Source: an uncultured SAR86 cluster bacterium (GTDB taxonomy: Bacteria > Pseudomonadota > Gammaproteobacteria > Magnimaribacterales > D2472). Taken from it: a DNA stretch of 58,545 bases. The position numbers and the translations under genes are program-made. The notes below the pieces were generated by a model. That model did no database searches and was not told where the DNA came from. It was given only the letters and a program-made list of their open reading frames with translations. The stretch spans positions 1-58,545 of the forward strand of contig CABXUO010000004.1 in the NCBI GenBank assembly GCA_902515455.1, in the 5' to 3' direction. Of this stretch, positions 40,028 through 49,535 are shown piece after piece (positions within the stretch are counted from its first letter, which is position 1; each line of letters opens with the position of its first letter).

Positions 40028-40210
40028 ATGATGAATAATTGGTGGAGAATTTGGGCTAAATCTCTAGGAGAGAAAGTTGGAGAAAGTGACAAACAAGCTG
40101 ACACAATTGCTGTGGTAAGGACTATTTGGTGGGTCACTCATCTTGCCACATGTTGGTTTATTATCTTGAATGCGATAGCAAATCATGGCTGGGGATTAAT
40201 TGGAATTTAG
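40028..40210 (+). CDS. Small hypothetical membrane protein
   Basis: GGAG RBS; WRIWAKSLGEK...AD..A..RT followed by one TM helix. Confidence 0.7.
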   Translation: MMNNWWRIWAKSLGEKVGESDKQADTIAVVRTIWWVTHLATCWFIILNAIANHGWGLIGI

Positions 40211-40252
40211 GGAATCGGGTGTAATGTTTTAAGAAAATATGCTCGATGAAGT

Positions 40253-40328
40253 TGGTGCCCAGAGGTGGAATCGAACCACCGACACAAGGATTTTCAGTCC
40301 TTTGCTCTACCGACTGAGCTATCTGGGC
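40253..40328 (-). tRNA. tRNA-Phe (GAA)
   Basis: GCCCAGATAGCTCAGTCGGTAGAGCAAAGGACTGAAAATCCTTGTGTCGGTGGTTCGATTCCACCTCTGGGCACCA: 76 nt cloverleaf with encoded CCA. Confidence 0.98.
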
Positions 40329-40441
40329 AATATAAGATGAAGAATTATAACTGAACTGCGCTTGGTGGAGAATAGTTAGTCAGAATATAAATTCTTACTT
40401 AAATAATGAATTAAAAAAATAAGTTCAGATAGAATAAGTGA

Positions 40442-41614
40442 ATGCTTATAGATCATTTTCATAATCAAAATAAAACTCACAAGCCATATACTGAAGAACT
40501 TCGTTCAGTGTTAAATCTAAAAAATACTCGAGAAGCATTTGACGAAATCACCTCTTGGAAAGGTTATGAAGTTACTCCCTTGCTCTCATTGGAAGAGATA
40601 GCTTCAAAAATAAATGTAAAGAAAATTTATTACAAAGACGAAAGTTCTAGATTTGGTTTAGGAAGTTTTAAAGCATTGGGAGGCACATATGGAGTTTTAA
40701 AATTTTTATACGATGTGTTAAAAAAAGAAATTGGTAGTATGGTATCGCTGGAAGATATTAGAACCGGGAAATACAGGAAAATAGTTTCAAAATATACAGT
40801 TGCAACTGCAACTGACGGCAATCATGGTCGTTCAGTTGCATTTGGGGCAAATTTGTTTGGATGTAAATGTCAGATATATATCCATTCTGAGGTAAGTAAA
40901 GGACGACAAGAGGCTATGGAAAGACTGAATGCAAATGTCATTAGGGTAAATGGAAACTATGATGAGTCTGTAAATATATGTAAATCTGAATCTAATTTAA
41001 ATAATTGGCACATTATTTCCGATACTTCATATCCTGGATATACTAAATATCCTAAAGACATCATGGCAGGATATAACATAATGTCTGAAGAAATTTCGAA
41101 TCAATTAGAAAAAAAAGAAATACCTAGCCACATTATTCTACAAGGAGGCGTAGGCTCTTTTCCTGCTGCAATATGCTCGTACTTTTGGGAAAAATACCAT
41201 GAAAATAATATCAAGTTTGTTATTGTTGAGTCAGAACATGCGCCATGTTTAATTCAAAGCGCCAAAAAAGGCGAAATGATTTCAATTAATATCCAGAAAG
41301 AGACAATGATGGCTGGTTTATCCTGTGGTGAGCCATCTCTACTGGGATGGAAGATTTTAGAAAAAGGAGCTGATGACTTTGTTACTATTTCTGATCGATC
41401 AATACCTACTATGATGCGATTACTTTCTAATCACAAGCCTTCAATTGAGGCAGGCGAATCATCTGTTGCTGGTCTTGCAGCGCTAATAGATATTACAGAA
41501 AATGATGAAATCGCAAAAAAAATAGGTATCAACTCAGAGAGCGTTATCTTATTATTTGGAACTGAGGGAGCTACAGATCCAGAAATATATCATTCAATTA
41601 TCCAAGCAGGTTAA
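40442..41614 (+). CDS. dpaL: Diaminopropionate ammonia-lyase (PLP fold II)
   Basis: KDESSRFGLGSFKALG, ATDGNHGRSVA, ISDTS, MAGLSCGEP, GES, TEGATD. Confidence 0.88.
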   Translation: MLIDHFHNQNKTHKPYTEELRSVLNLKNTREAFDEITSWKGYEVTPLLSLEEIASKINVKKIYYKDESSRFGLGSFKALGGTYGVLKFLYDVLKKEIGSMVSLEDIRTGKYRKIVSKYTVATATDGNHGRSVAFGANLFGCKCQIYIHSEVSKGRQEAMERLNANVIRVNGNYDESVNICKSESNLNNWHIISDTSYPGYTKYPKDIMAGYNIMSEEISNQLEKKEIPSHIILQGGVGSFPAAICSYFWEKYHENNIKFVIVESEHAPCLIQSAKKGEMISINIQKETMMAGLSCGEPSLLGWKILEKGADDFVTISDRSIPTMMRLLSNHKPSIEAGESSVAGLAALIDITENDEIAKKIGINSESVILLFGTEGATDPEIYHSIIQAG

Positions 41615-41658
41615 TTAAAATATTTCACAGAATTTTAAAATTATCCTACACTTAAGCA

Positions 41659-42546
41659 ATGACTATTCAACATGTAAGTGCAGATACTGATTTAGACAGT
41701 ATCATGGAAATCATTGATCGAGATGCGGCAGTAGTAATAGATAATGTTTTGTCTAAAAATGATCTAGCCGAAATTAAAAATGAACTTCAGCCATACCTCA
41801 AAAATGATATTGAGGGCGATAATGAATTTACCGGATTTCAAACAAAGAGAGTTGGTGCTCTTATGGCTAGATCTCCAAAATGTCGCGAACTTGCCCTTGA
41901 TCCTAAAATTAATGCATTATCAAAAAAATTTTTAGAGCCCCACTGTGATGGTTATCAGCTACATTTCACATCGGCAATTCAGATAGGTCCAAATGAAACT
42001 GCTCAAATACTACATAGAGACAGAGGCGTTTGGGGTGGATATGTACCTCGAAAAATTGAAACGCAGTTTGCTACTATCTGGGCCATTACAGATTTCACGA
42101 AAGAAAATGGAGCCACTCAGGTTGTGCCTGGATCTCATAAATGGGATAAAAATAGGATGCCTCTTGACGAAGAAATTGAAAATGCTGAAATGACTGCAGG
42201 ATCAGTATTTATTTATACTGGCTCTGTTATTCATGGAGGGGGTGCAAATCAAACCTCAGAAAACAGATTAGGTGTTTTTCTCCACTATGCACCTAATTGG
42301 TTAAGACAAGAAGAAAATCAATATCTATCATGCCCTCCGTCAATTGCAAAAGATCTGTCTCCTGAATTAAGAGATTTAATGGGGTATTCACAAGGTGGCT
42401 ATGTTCTTGGATTTTTTACTGATCCAACAGATACTGAGGGAAAATTTGAGTCAGTATCTCCAAAAAAATTATTCGGCGAGGATATTGATCCATTTAAAAT
42501 TGCATCATCTGAAGAGCTTGTAAGTAGTTCGACCAAAAAAAATTAA
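41659..42546 (+). CDS. Phytanoyl-CoA dioxygenase (PhyH) family Fe(II)/2OG oxygenase
   Basis: QILHRD, DFTKENGAT.VVPGSH, HGGGAN, WLRQEENQYL. Confidence 0.9.
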   Translation: MTIQHVSADTDLDSIMEIIDRDAAVVIDNVLSKNDLAEIKNELQPYLKNDIEGDNEFTGFQTKRVGALMARSPKCRELALDPKINALSKKFLEPHCDGYQLHFTSAIQIGPNETAQILHRDRGVWGGYVPRKIETQFATIWAITDFTKENGATQVVPGSHKWDKNRMPLDEEIENAEMTAGSVFIYTGSVIHGGGANQTSENRLGVFLHYAPNWLRQEENQYLSCPPSIAKDLSPELRDLMGYSQGGYVLGFFTDPTDTEGKFESVSPKKLFGEDIDPFKIASSEELVSSSTKKN

Positions 42547-42576
42547 TTGTATTTTTGTTTATTCTGATTTTTCTCC

Positions 42577-43536
42577 ATGTCTGAACAATTAACCCTCTAT
42601 CCACGAATTAAGCCCTATGATACTGGTTTCATGAACGCAGGTGAGCATGAAATTTATTATGAACAATGTGGAAACCCAAATGGTAAACCAGCAGTTTTTT
42701 TACATGGAGGTCCTGGTGGAGGTGGAAGTGAAGCAGTCAGACAATTTTTCAATCCCGATGCTTATAGAATTATAGTATTTGATCAAAGGGGTTGTGGCAG
42801 AAGTAAGCCGCATGCTTGTCTAACAAATAATACAACTTGGGATTTAGTGGCAGACATTGAATCCTTGAAAGAAAAATTAAACGTTAATCAATGGTTGGTT
42901 TTTGGAGGCTCTTGGGGAAGCACTCTAGCATTAGCATATGCACAAACTCATCCAGAATCAGTCAGTGAAATAATTCTTCGAGGAATTTTCATGCTAAGAA
43001 AAAAAGAATTGGATTGGTTTTATCAAGATGGTACCAGCAACATTTTTCCTGATGCTTGGGAAAAATTTATTGAACCAATTGGTATATCTAAGAGAGATAA
43101 CTTGATATCAGCATATTACGAAATATTTAAAGGTGATAATGAGGATAAAAAACTTGAAGCAGCTATTGCATGGTCTAGGTGGGAGGGATCTACCGTTAAC
43201 TTAAGTTATAGCCCCGAAATGGTAGATGGTTTTTCTGAACCTAAGTTTGCTCTAGCGTTTGCGCTAATTGAAAATCATTACTTTATCAATAAAGGCTTTT
43301 TAACGCATGAGCAACAACTCATTGAAGGCATTGATATCATAAGGGATATCCCTGCTACTATTATTCAAGGGAGATATGATGTTTGCACTCCTTTATCAAC
43401 AGCCTGGGAACTTCACAAAAATTGGCCAGAAGCAAAATTTATTATCACACCGTTCTCGGGTCATAGCGCATTTGAAAAGGAAATTACTCATGAACTGATC
43501 TTAGCTACTGATAAGTTTGGTGGAGTTAACAGATAA
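42577..43536 (+). CDS. pip: Proline iminopeptidase
   Basis: LHGGPGGG, FDQRGCGRS.P, FGGSWGSTL, LRGIF, QGRYD, GHS. Confidence 0.95.
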   Translation: MSEQLTLYPRIKPYDTGFMNAGEHEIYYEQCGNPNGKPAVFLHGGPGGGGSEAVRQFFNPDAYRIIVFDQRGCGRSKPHACLTNNTTWDLVADIESLKEKLNVNQWLVFGGSWGSTLALAYAQTHPESVSEIILRGIFMLRKKELDWFYQDGTSNIFPDAWEKFIEPIGISKRDNLISAYYEIFKGDNEDKKLEAAIAWSRWEGSTVNLSYSPEMVDGFSEPKFALAFALIENHYFINKGFLTHEQQLIEGIDIIRDIPATIIQGRYDVCTPLSTAWELHKNWPEAKFIITPFSGHSAFEKEITHELILATDKFGGVNR

Positions 43537-44763
43537 ATGTCGACATATCTCTTGCATTTAGAGTGCTCTAAAACTGGGGAAATTTATCCTGCGAATCAAA
43601 TTTATAATCTTTCAAATAATGGAATGCCTTTGCTAGCAAGGTATGATTTAAAAAAAATTAAAAGCGAGCTTAATAGAGACAACTGGTGCATTGAACCAGC
43701 TTCAGGTTTTTGGCGCTATCAAGCATTACTTCCAGTTGCAAATTCTGCTTCAAGAATTTCTTTAGGAGAGGTTATAACACCTCTAATTCCTCTTAAAAAA
43801 ACTGCTCATATGCTTGGTGGCAAGCTCGGTAACATTATTATTAAAGATGAAGGTAGGCTTCCAACTGGATCTTTTAAAGCAAGAGGCTTAGCTCTTGCTG
43901 TTTCAATGGCACATCAATTTGGCATTAAACATTTAGCAATACCAACTAATGGAAATGCTGGCGCTGCTTTGGCAGCATATGCAAGACAAGCGAATATAAA
44001 AGCAACTGTCTTTTGTCCAGAAGATACACCAAAAGTAAATATTCGAGAAATACAACTTCAAGGAGCTAATACATATCTGGTAAACGGACTAATCAATGAT
44101 TGCGGGAAAATAGTTCTGGAAGGGAAAGAAAAAGTTGGCTGGTTTGATGTCTCTACCTTGAAAGAGCCATATAGAATTGAAGGCAAAAAAACAATGGGCT
44201 TAGAGCTTGCAGAACAAATGCAATGGACATTACCAGATGCAATATTTTATCCAACGGGAGGAGGCACGGGACTCATTGGAATGTGGAAAGCATTTTCCGA
44301 GTTAAAAGAATTAGGCTGGCTTAAAGGAAAACTTCCCAAAATGATTGCTGTTCAATCTTCAGGATGTGCGCCAATTGTTGATGCATTTGAAAAAGGCTTA
44401 AATTATGCAACTGCTTGGGATAATGCTAAAACTGTTGCATCGGGCATAAGAGTTCCTGTGGCCATAGGAGATTTTTTGATACTTGATGCTATTCGCCAAT
44501 CTAATGGTTTTGCTTTTGCGGTTGAGGACAAGCACATCATAGAAACTAGAGATATGATCTCCAAAGAAGATGGTATATTACTTTGTCCAGAGGGAGCTGC
44601 AACAGCATCTGGATATCAATTAGCTATAGAAAAAGGGATTATAAGCAAGGATGAAAAAGTTGTTCTCTTCAATTGTGCCTCTGGATTAAAATATCCAATG
44701 CCTAAGTCAGACAAAAAAATTGATAAAGACTCGACCTTAAATTTCACGAAATTTTCCAAATAA
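43537..44763 (+). CDS. Threonine synthase-like PLP enzyme
   Basis: PTGSFKARG, PTNGNAG, EPYRIEGKKTMG, PTGGGTG, CPEGAA, GLKY. Confidence 0.85.
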   Translation: MSTYLLHLECSKTGEIYPANQIYNLSNNGMPLLARYDLKKIKSELNRDNWCIEPASGFWRYQALLPVANSASRISLGEVITPLIPLKKTAHMLGGKLGNIIIKDEGRLPTGSFKARGLALAVSMAHQFGIKHLAIPTNGNAGAALAAYARQANIKATVFCPEDTPKVNIREIQLQGANTYLVNGLINDCGKIVLEGKEKVGWFDVSTLKEPYRIEGKKTMGLELAEQMQWTLPDAIFYPTGGGTGLIGMWKAFSELKELGWLKGKLPKMIAVQSSGCAPIVDAFEKGLNYATAWDNAKTVASGIRVPVAIGDFLILDAIRQSNGFAFAVEDKHIIETRDMISKEDGILLCPEGAATASGYQLAIEKGIISKDEKVVLFNCASGLKYPMPKSDKKIDKDSTLNFTKFSK

Positions 44764-44765
44764 GA

Positions 44766-45908
44766 TCAAGAAAACATTAATACTTCTTGATGCGCATCAT
44801 AATCATGTATTTTCTTCAGGTCATTGCCTGGAATGTTGGTATATTTCATTACTGAATTTCTTGCGAATACCAACAATGGATTTTTCATATGATAAATTTT
44901 TCCTTGCAGCAAAGACGCTTTTTGCATTTTTTTGGTGCGCTTTGACCGAAGCAAATCATAAGGTTTCTGTGCATCAATAAAATTTCCATTATTCTGTTTG
45001 CATAACATTGCAAATGTATAAGCATCCTCTATAGCCATACATGCACCTTGCCCTAAAAATGGAACCATAGGGTGAGCAGCATCACCAACTAAAGTAATAT
45101 TTCTAGAAATCATTGATTGTAAAGGTGGTCGAATATAAATGCCCCATTTATAAAGAGGTTCTCCATCTTTAAGCTTAGGAAAAATGCTTGGGTCATAAGT
45201 TGAAAAATCATGTAATAAATTATTAAGTGATCCCTGCTCTTTCCATGATTCTTTAAATTGAAAATCTTCCTTCCTAACAGCAACAAAACTAACATCTCCA
45301 TCATTATTGACGGGATAACTAACCACATGACCTCCAGGACCCAGAGCAAAATGAACTCTTTTCAGCGGTGATTTGCCAATACCTCTCCATGCGCTATAGC
45401 CACTGTATTTTGGATTTTGATTTGATGGGAAAAAGGTATCTCGTATCGATGATCTGATTCCATCACATGCCGCTAGGTGCTTAAAGTGATATTTTTGTTT
45501 ATTTGAAAATGTTGCCTCACATTTTTTATCATCAAACTTTATTAGAGCGTGATCATATTTTATATCTCCACCAAGATTTTTGAATTTGGAATGCAAGAGT
45601 GACATCAATGTTTGACGACGTGTCGTCAAAACTTCTGGCGTGTTAAATGTGCATATGCTCTTCTTGGGTCCTTGTATAGTTGCTTTTGAATGTAAAAAGG
45701 ATTTATTTTTAAGATCGCTATATATATCTAATCTATCTAAGAGACTAAGTGCGTTTGAAGAAAGACTTATTGCGGCTCCATGAGAGGTTTCTTCTGACAT
45801 TTTCTCAAAAATGACTGCTGGAATACCCTCTTTTAAAAAAGTACAGCCAAGCGACAAGCCTGCTATCCCTCCTCCAAGAATTGCAACATGTTTTGAATAA
45901 TTATCCAT
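44766..45908 (-). CDS. FAD-dependent monooxygenase (salicylate/hydroxybenzoate hydroxylase-like)
   Basis: GGGIAGL, CDGIRS, AWRG, GDAAHPMVPFLGQGACMAIEDA. Confidence 0.88.
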   Translation of the reverse strand: MDNYSKHVAILGGGIAGLSLGCTFLKEGIPAVIFEKMSEETSHGAAISLSSNALSLLDRLDIYSDLKNKSFLHSKATIQGPKKSICTFNTPEVLTTRRQTLMSLLHSKFKNLGGDIKYDHALIKFDDKKCEATFSNKQKYHFKHLAACDGIRSSIRDTFFPSNQNPKYSGYSAWRGIGKSPLKRVHFALGPGGHVVSYPVNNDGDVSFVAVRKEDFQFKESWKEQGSLNNLLHDFSTYDPSIFPKLKDGEPLYKWGIYIRPPLQSMISRNITLVGDAAHPMVPFLGQGACMAIEDAYTFAMLCKQNNGNFIDAQKPYDLLRSKRTKKMQKASLLQGKIYHMKNPLLVFARNSVMKYTNIPGNDLKKIHDYDAHQEVLMFS

Positions 45909-46004
45909 GAAAAGTTTTTTATTTCTATTGTGAAACTTGAGCCTTACTCTAAACTGTATAGCTATTTGTATATATTACTATTTAATGCTTTATAGGGAGA
46001 TAAA

Positions 46005-47117
46005 ATGAGTTTAAATAAACAAATTACTTCAACTGTCACTGATCAAGGAAAGTTAGAAATAGCCATCACTGAGTCTGAACGTCCTGCTCCAGGCGATGAT
46101 GAAGTGCTAATCCAAGTTGAAGCAACTCCAATCAACCCTTCTGATCTAGGTCTTTTGCTAGGACCAGGCGACATTAACACTCTTCAGGCTGAAGACTCAA
46201 AAATTACAATGGATGTCCCAGAGGCAATTATGGGTGCAATGAAGCCAAGACTTAATATCCCCATGCCAGTTGGTAATGAAGGCTCAGGGGTTGTGATTGA
46301 AGCTGGAGCTAGTGCTCAGAATCTTCTTGGAAAAGTCGTAAGTGTTGTTGGCGGTGGCATGTATTCTCAATACCGCTGCATGCCTGCAGCAAGTTGCTTA
46401 GTGATGAATGAAGGAACTGAGCCTAGAGATTGTGCTTCAAGCTTTGTGAATCCACTCACTGCACTTGCAATGGTTGAGACAATGAAAATGGAGGGACACA
46501 CCGCGCTTGTTCATACCGCAGCAGCCTCTAATCTTGGCCAAATGCTTGTAAAAATCTGTATTGATGATGGCGTGCAGCTTATAAATATTGTTCGCAAGCA
46601 AGAGCATGTTGATCTATTAAAATCTATAGGTGCAAATTTTGTTTGCAACTCATCGGATGATGATTTTATAGAGCAACTAACCTCAGCCATTACAGAAACC
46701 AAAGCAACTCTTGCATTCGATGCAACAGGTGGTGGAGAACTTGCTGGAAAAATTCTTACTTGTATGGAAAGTGCAGCAAGAAAAAATGCTACTGAGTATA
46801 GCCCCTATGGATCTACAGATCATAAGCAAGTTTATATCTACGGAGGGCTTAATCAATCAGCCATTACACTACCTAATAATAGAAGCTTCGGAATGTACTG
46901 GAGTATTGGTGGATTTCTATTAACACCATTTCTAGGAAAAGTAGGATTTGAGAAAATGGGTGAAATGCAAGCTCGCGTAGCAAATGAAATTAAAACTACT
47001 TTTGCCAGCTCATATACTCAGGAGGTTACCCTTGAAGGAGCGTTAACCATAGACTCACTGATGGTTTATGCAAAGCAAGCAACTGGTGAAAAATTTTTAA
47101 TCAATCCTAACGGATAA
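46005..47117 (+). CDS. MDR-family (Zn-independent) NAD(P)H oxidoreductase
   Basis: EATPINPSDL, VGNEGSG, SSFVNPLTA, HTAAASNLGQM, FDATGGG. Confidence 0.87.
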   Translation: MSLNKQITSTVTDQGKLEIAITESERPAPGDDEVLIQVEATPINPSDLGLLLGPGDINTLQAEDSKITMDVPEAIMGAMKPRLNIPMPVGNEGSGVVIEAGASAQNLLGKVVSVVGGGMYSQYRCMPAASCLVMNEGTEPRDCASSFVNPLTALAMVETMKMEGHTALVHTAAASNLGQMLVKICIDDGVQLINIVRKQEHVDLLKSIGANFVCNSSDDDFIEQLTSAITETKATLAFDATGGGELAGKILTCMESAARKNATEYSPYGSTDHKQVYIYGGLNQSAITLPNNRSFGMYWSIGGFLLTPFLGKVGFEKMGEMQARVANEIKTTFASSYTQEVTLEGALTIDSLMVYAKQATGEKFLINPNG

Positions 47118-47148
47118 GAAAAAGGGAGCTTTGCTCCCTTATTTTCTT
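47116..47148. terminator. Bidirectional rho-independent terminator
   Basis: AAGAAAAAGGGAGC-TTT-GCTCCCTTATTTTCTT between convergent genes. Confidence 0.85.
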
Positions 47149-47168
47149 CAAAATTTAATCGATAATTG

Positions 47169-47537
47169 CTAAACCAATGCTAGCGCCATCATGACCAAAG
47201 TAACCAAAGACCCAAGCCATGAAAGTGTTCTCAGCAAAGCTATGCCAGCAATATATGTAATAAGATGCGCAACCCTCAATGTTAACCACCAAAAAGCCAA
47301 ACCAGTCAAATCAACTGATAAATGCATTGATAGTAAAGCTAGTGCTAAAAAAGCAGGAAGACTTTCTTGTAGATTCGTAGCTGCTCTATTAGCTCTGCCT
47401 GCCATAATAGAAGTTTCAGGCATTGGTTCATCTCTGTTGGTCGTATACCATGAAAAATTTTTAATATTAAACGCCGCTGGAACTACCCAGATTTGAATAA
47501 TTGTAAGCAGTAATGCATAGACAATATATGTAGCCAT
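47169..47537 (-). CDS. MAPEG family membrane protein
   Basis: GRANRAATNLQESLPAF, LRVAHLITY.AG, RTLSW; AGGAG RBS. Confidence 0.87.
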   Translation of the reverse strand: MATYIVYALLLTIIQIWVVPAAFNIKNFSWYTTNRDEPMPETSIMAGRANRAATNLQESLPAFLALALLSMHLSVDLTGLAFWWLTLRVAHLITYIAGIALLRTLSWLGSLVTLVMMALALV

Positions 47538-47573
47538 AAATTTTCTCCTAGATTAATTTAATTTAATTTAATT

Positions 47574-48362
47574 CTAAACAATAGAAATGATTCCATCAAA
47601 ATAAATAACACTTTTACCTGATATAAAAACTCTGTTGTCAGCCAAAGTACAATTAAGTTTTCCTCCCCTCTTAGAGAGCTGATTTGCATCAAGCTGATTC
47701 TTGCCTAATTCCTTTGCCCAATATGGAGTTAGCATGGTATGAGCCGATCCGGTCACTGGATCTTCTTCTATCCCTGCCTCGGGATAAAAGCATCTGGATA
47801 CAAAATCTACTTGATCTCCGGGAGCAGATATAACCAAACCTCTAGAATCTAATTTTGAAAGCAGTACAAAATTTGGTTTTATGTGCTCAATCTGTTTTTG
47901 ATTTTCAAAGATTGCTAAATAATCGTCTTTGCCTTTTAACAATTGCAACGGCTCAATGCCTAATATTTCTTCAAATAATGGATCTGAATCTAATAAAACT
48001 GGTTTATCCACCGGAAAATTAAGGCATAAGGCATCCTTATTTTTAGTAACTTTCAAAATACCACTTTTTGAGTCAAAATTAATTTCTTCGCCAGCAAGCT
48101 CTGGATAATGTTCAAAAAGTATCCTTGCGCTAGCTAAAGTTGCATGACCACAAAGATCTACTTCAATTGAGGGAGTAAACCATCTGATGTAAATTGGACT
48201 TTCATGAATGCTTACAAATGCAGTTTCAGAAAGATTATTTTCAAATGCTATGGATTGCATCTCATGATCTTTCATAGGTGATTCTAAAATTACAACCGCA
48301 GCCGGATTACCAGCAAATAATTTATTTGCAAAGGCATCAACTTGATACATTTTTAATTTCAT
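47574..48362 (-). CDS. PhzF family isomerase/epimerase
   Basis: QVDAF...F.GNPAAV, NLSETAF, RWFTP..EVDLCGHATLA, EDPVTGSAH, S.RGG. Confidence 0.93.
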   Translation of the reverse strand: MKLKMYQVDAFANKLFAGNPAAVVILESPMKDHEMQSIAFENNLSETAFVSIHESPIYIRWFTPSIEVDLCGHATLASARILFEHYPELAGEEINFDSKSGILKVTKNKDALCLNFPVDKPVLLDSDPLFEEILGIEPLQLLKGKDDYLAIFENQKQIEHIKPNFVLLSKLDSRGLVISAPGDQVDFVSRCFYPEAGIEEDPVTGSAHTMLTPYWAKELGKNQLDANQLSKRGGKLNCTLADNRVFISGKSVIYFDGIISIV

Positions 48363-48485
48363 CAAGATATTTTACCTAAAGGAAATTTCAAGGCTAGAAT
48401 GAATTAAAGCGGCCTAAAAAAGCCAGTTATAAAATTACAAGAGAATTGCATTTCAAGATTAAGGAAAAATTCTTCTAAAGAATTC

Positions 48486-48710
48486 TTAAAACTTCCCTCT
48501 TTTAAACCGCATTCGGATTGAATAAACTCTTATTAAAGCGACCATAGTTAAAATTGTTTGAGTAAAAATTGAAATTAATAATGTGTTTGTCCAGCTCCAA
48601 TTATCTATGGTGAGCCAGAGTAAAAAAGTTTGAAGTGGAAAATTAATTACTAAGCCCATCATCACTACAATAATGCTTTCTCTAAAAGCAGTTTTTTCAG
48701 TTTTATTCAT
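48486..48710 (-). CDS. Small hypothetical two-TM protein
   Basis: 74-aa ORF alone in a spacer, two hydrophobic segments, basic C-terminus (RVYSIRMRF). Confidence 0.65.
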   Translation of the reverse strand: MNKTEKTAFRESIIVVMMGLVINFPLQTFLLWLTIDNWSWTNTLLISIFTQTILTMVALIRVYSIRMRFKRGKF

Positions 48711-48833
48711 ACTTTTCTCTTTTAAAATATTTATAAAAAATCATAATACTCAAATTTTAGATTAAAATTCTCTCTCATAAAAAGACAGAAAGCATTAGTG
48801 TTAGTTTGGCGTTCTCCGAAAATTTTTAATGAA

Positions 48834-49151
48834 TCAATTTTCAAACTTTACTGCTGTTCCATATGCTATTACCTCTGAGGCCGCTGCAGCAATGGTTGAA
48901 GTTTCATACCTGAAATTAACAACTGCATCTGCACCCATGTCCTCTGCACTTTTAATCATCCTTTCCATAGCTTCTTTTCTTGCCTGTGTTAAAAGAATTG
49001 AATAGCTTTTAAGTTCTCCGCCAACAATATTTTTTAAGGTTGCCAATATATCTGTGCCTAAATGTCTAGCTCTTACAGTACTACCCATGACAATCCCAAG
49101 GTAAGTTTGAATTTGTTTGCCTTCTATAGATGGTGTACTAGTTACTAACAT
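48834..49151 (-). CDS. YbjQ/UPF0145 family protein
   Basis: GGELKSY..LL..AR.EA, GADAVV, AYGTAV; true start is likely ATG 49151 with GGAG RBS. Confidence 0.92.
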   Translation of the reverse strand: MLVTSTPSIEGKQIQTYLGIVMGSTVRARHLGTDILATLKNIVGGELKSYSILLTQARKEAMERMIKSAEDMGADAVVNFRYETSTIAAAASEVIAYGTAVKFEN

Positions 49152-49189
49152 GATTAGCTCCAAAATTTTGATATGATAAACATAAGTAT

Positions 49190-49534
49190 ATGGATAATAT
49201 AAAACAAGAGCTAGTTGAAACAAAATTTGCCATTGGGGCGATTGTAAAACATCGTTTTTTAGATTTTCGTGGTGTCATATTTGATGTAGATCCTGAATTT
49301 AATAATACTGAAGAATGGTATCAATCTATCCCAGCCTCGATCCGCCCAAAAAAAAATCAGCCTTTTTATCATCTCTTCGCTGAGAATGGTCACATCTTTT
49401 ATATTGCTTATGTTTCTGAGCAAAACTTACTCGATGATGCAACAGAAGAATTGCCAAAACATCCTGAAATTAAAAATTTATTTTCTCACTTTGAAGATGG
49501 TAAATTTGTGCCTTTGACTAGAGCAGTTAATTAA
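49190..49534 (+). CDS. hspQ: Heat shock protein HspQ (YccV-like)
   Basis: KF.IG..VKH...FRGVIFDVDPEF, QPFYH, AYVSEQNL. Confidence 0.92.
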   Translation: MDNIKQELVETKFAIGAIVKHRFLDFRGVIFDVDPEFNNTEEWYQSIPASIRPKKNQPFYHLFAENGHIFYIAYVSEQNLLDDATEELPKHPEIKNLFSHFEDGKFVPLTRAVN

Positions 49535-49535
49535 G

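Noticed and set aside
47553-47572. (TTAAT)x4 upstream of the second MAPEG gene
   Set aside because: Very short and AT-only in an AT-rich genome; no support for phase variation or an operator.
47574-48362. PhzF gene as a sign of phenazine biosynthesis
   Set aside because: No other phz genes in the window; stand-alone PhzF homologues are common.
48806-48820. Minus-strand TTCGGAGAACGCCA, like a tRNA 3'-end remnant or att site
   Set aside because: Too short, no T-arm, and does not match the tRNA-Phe 3' end in this window.
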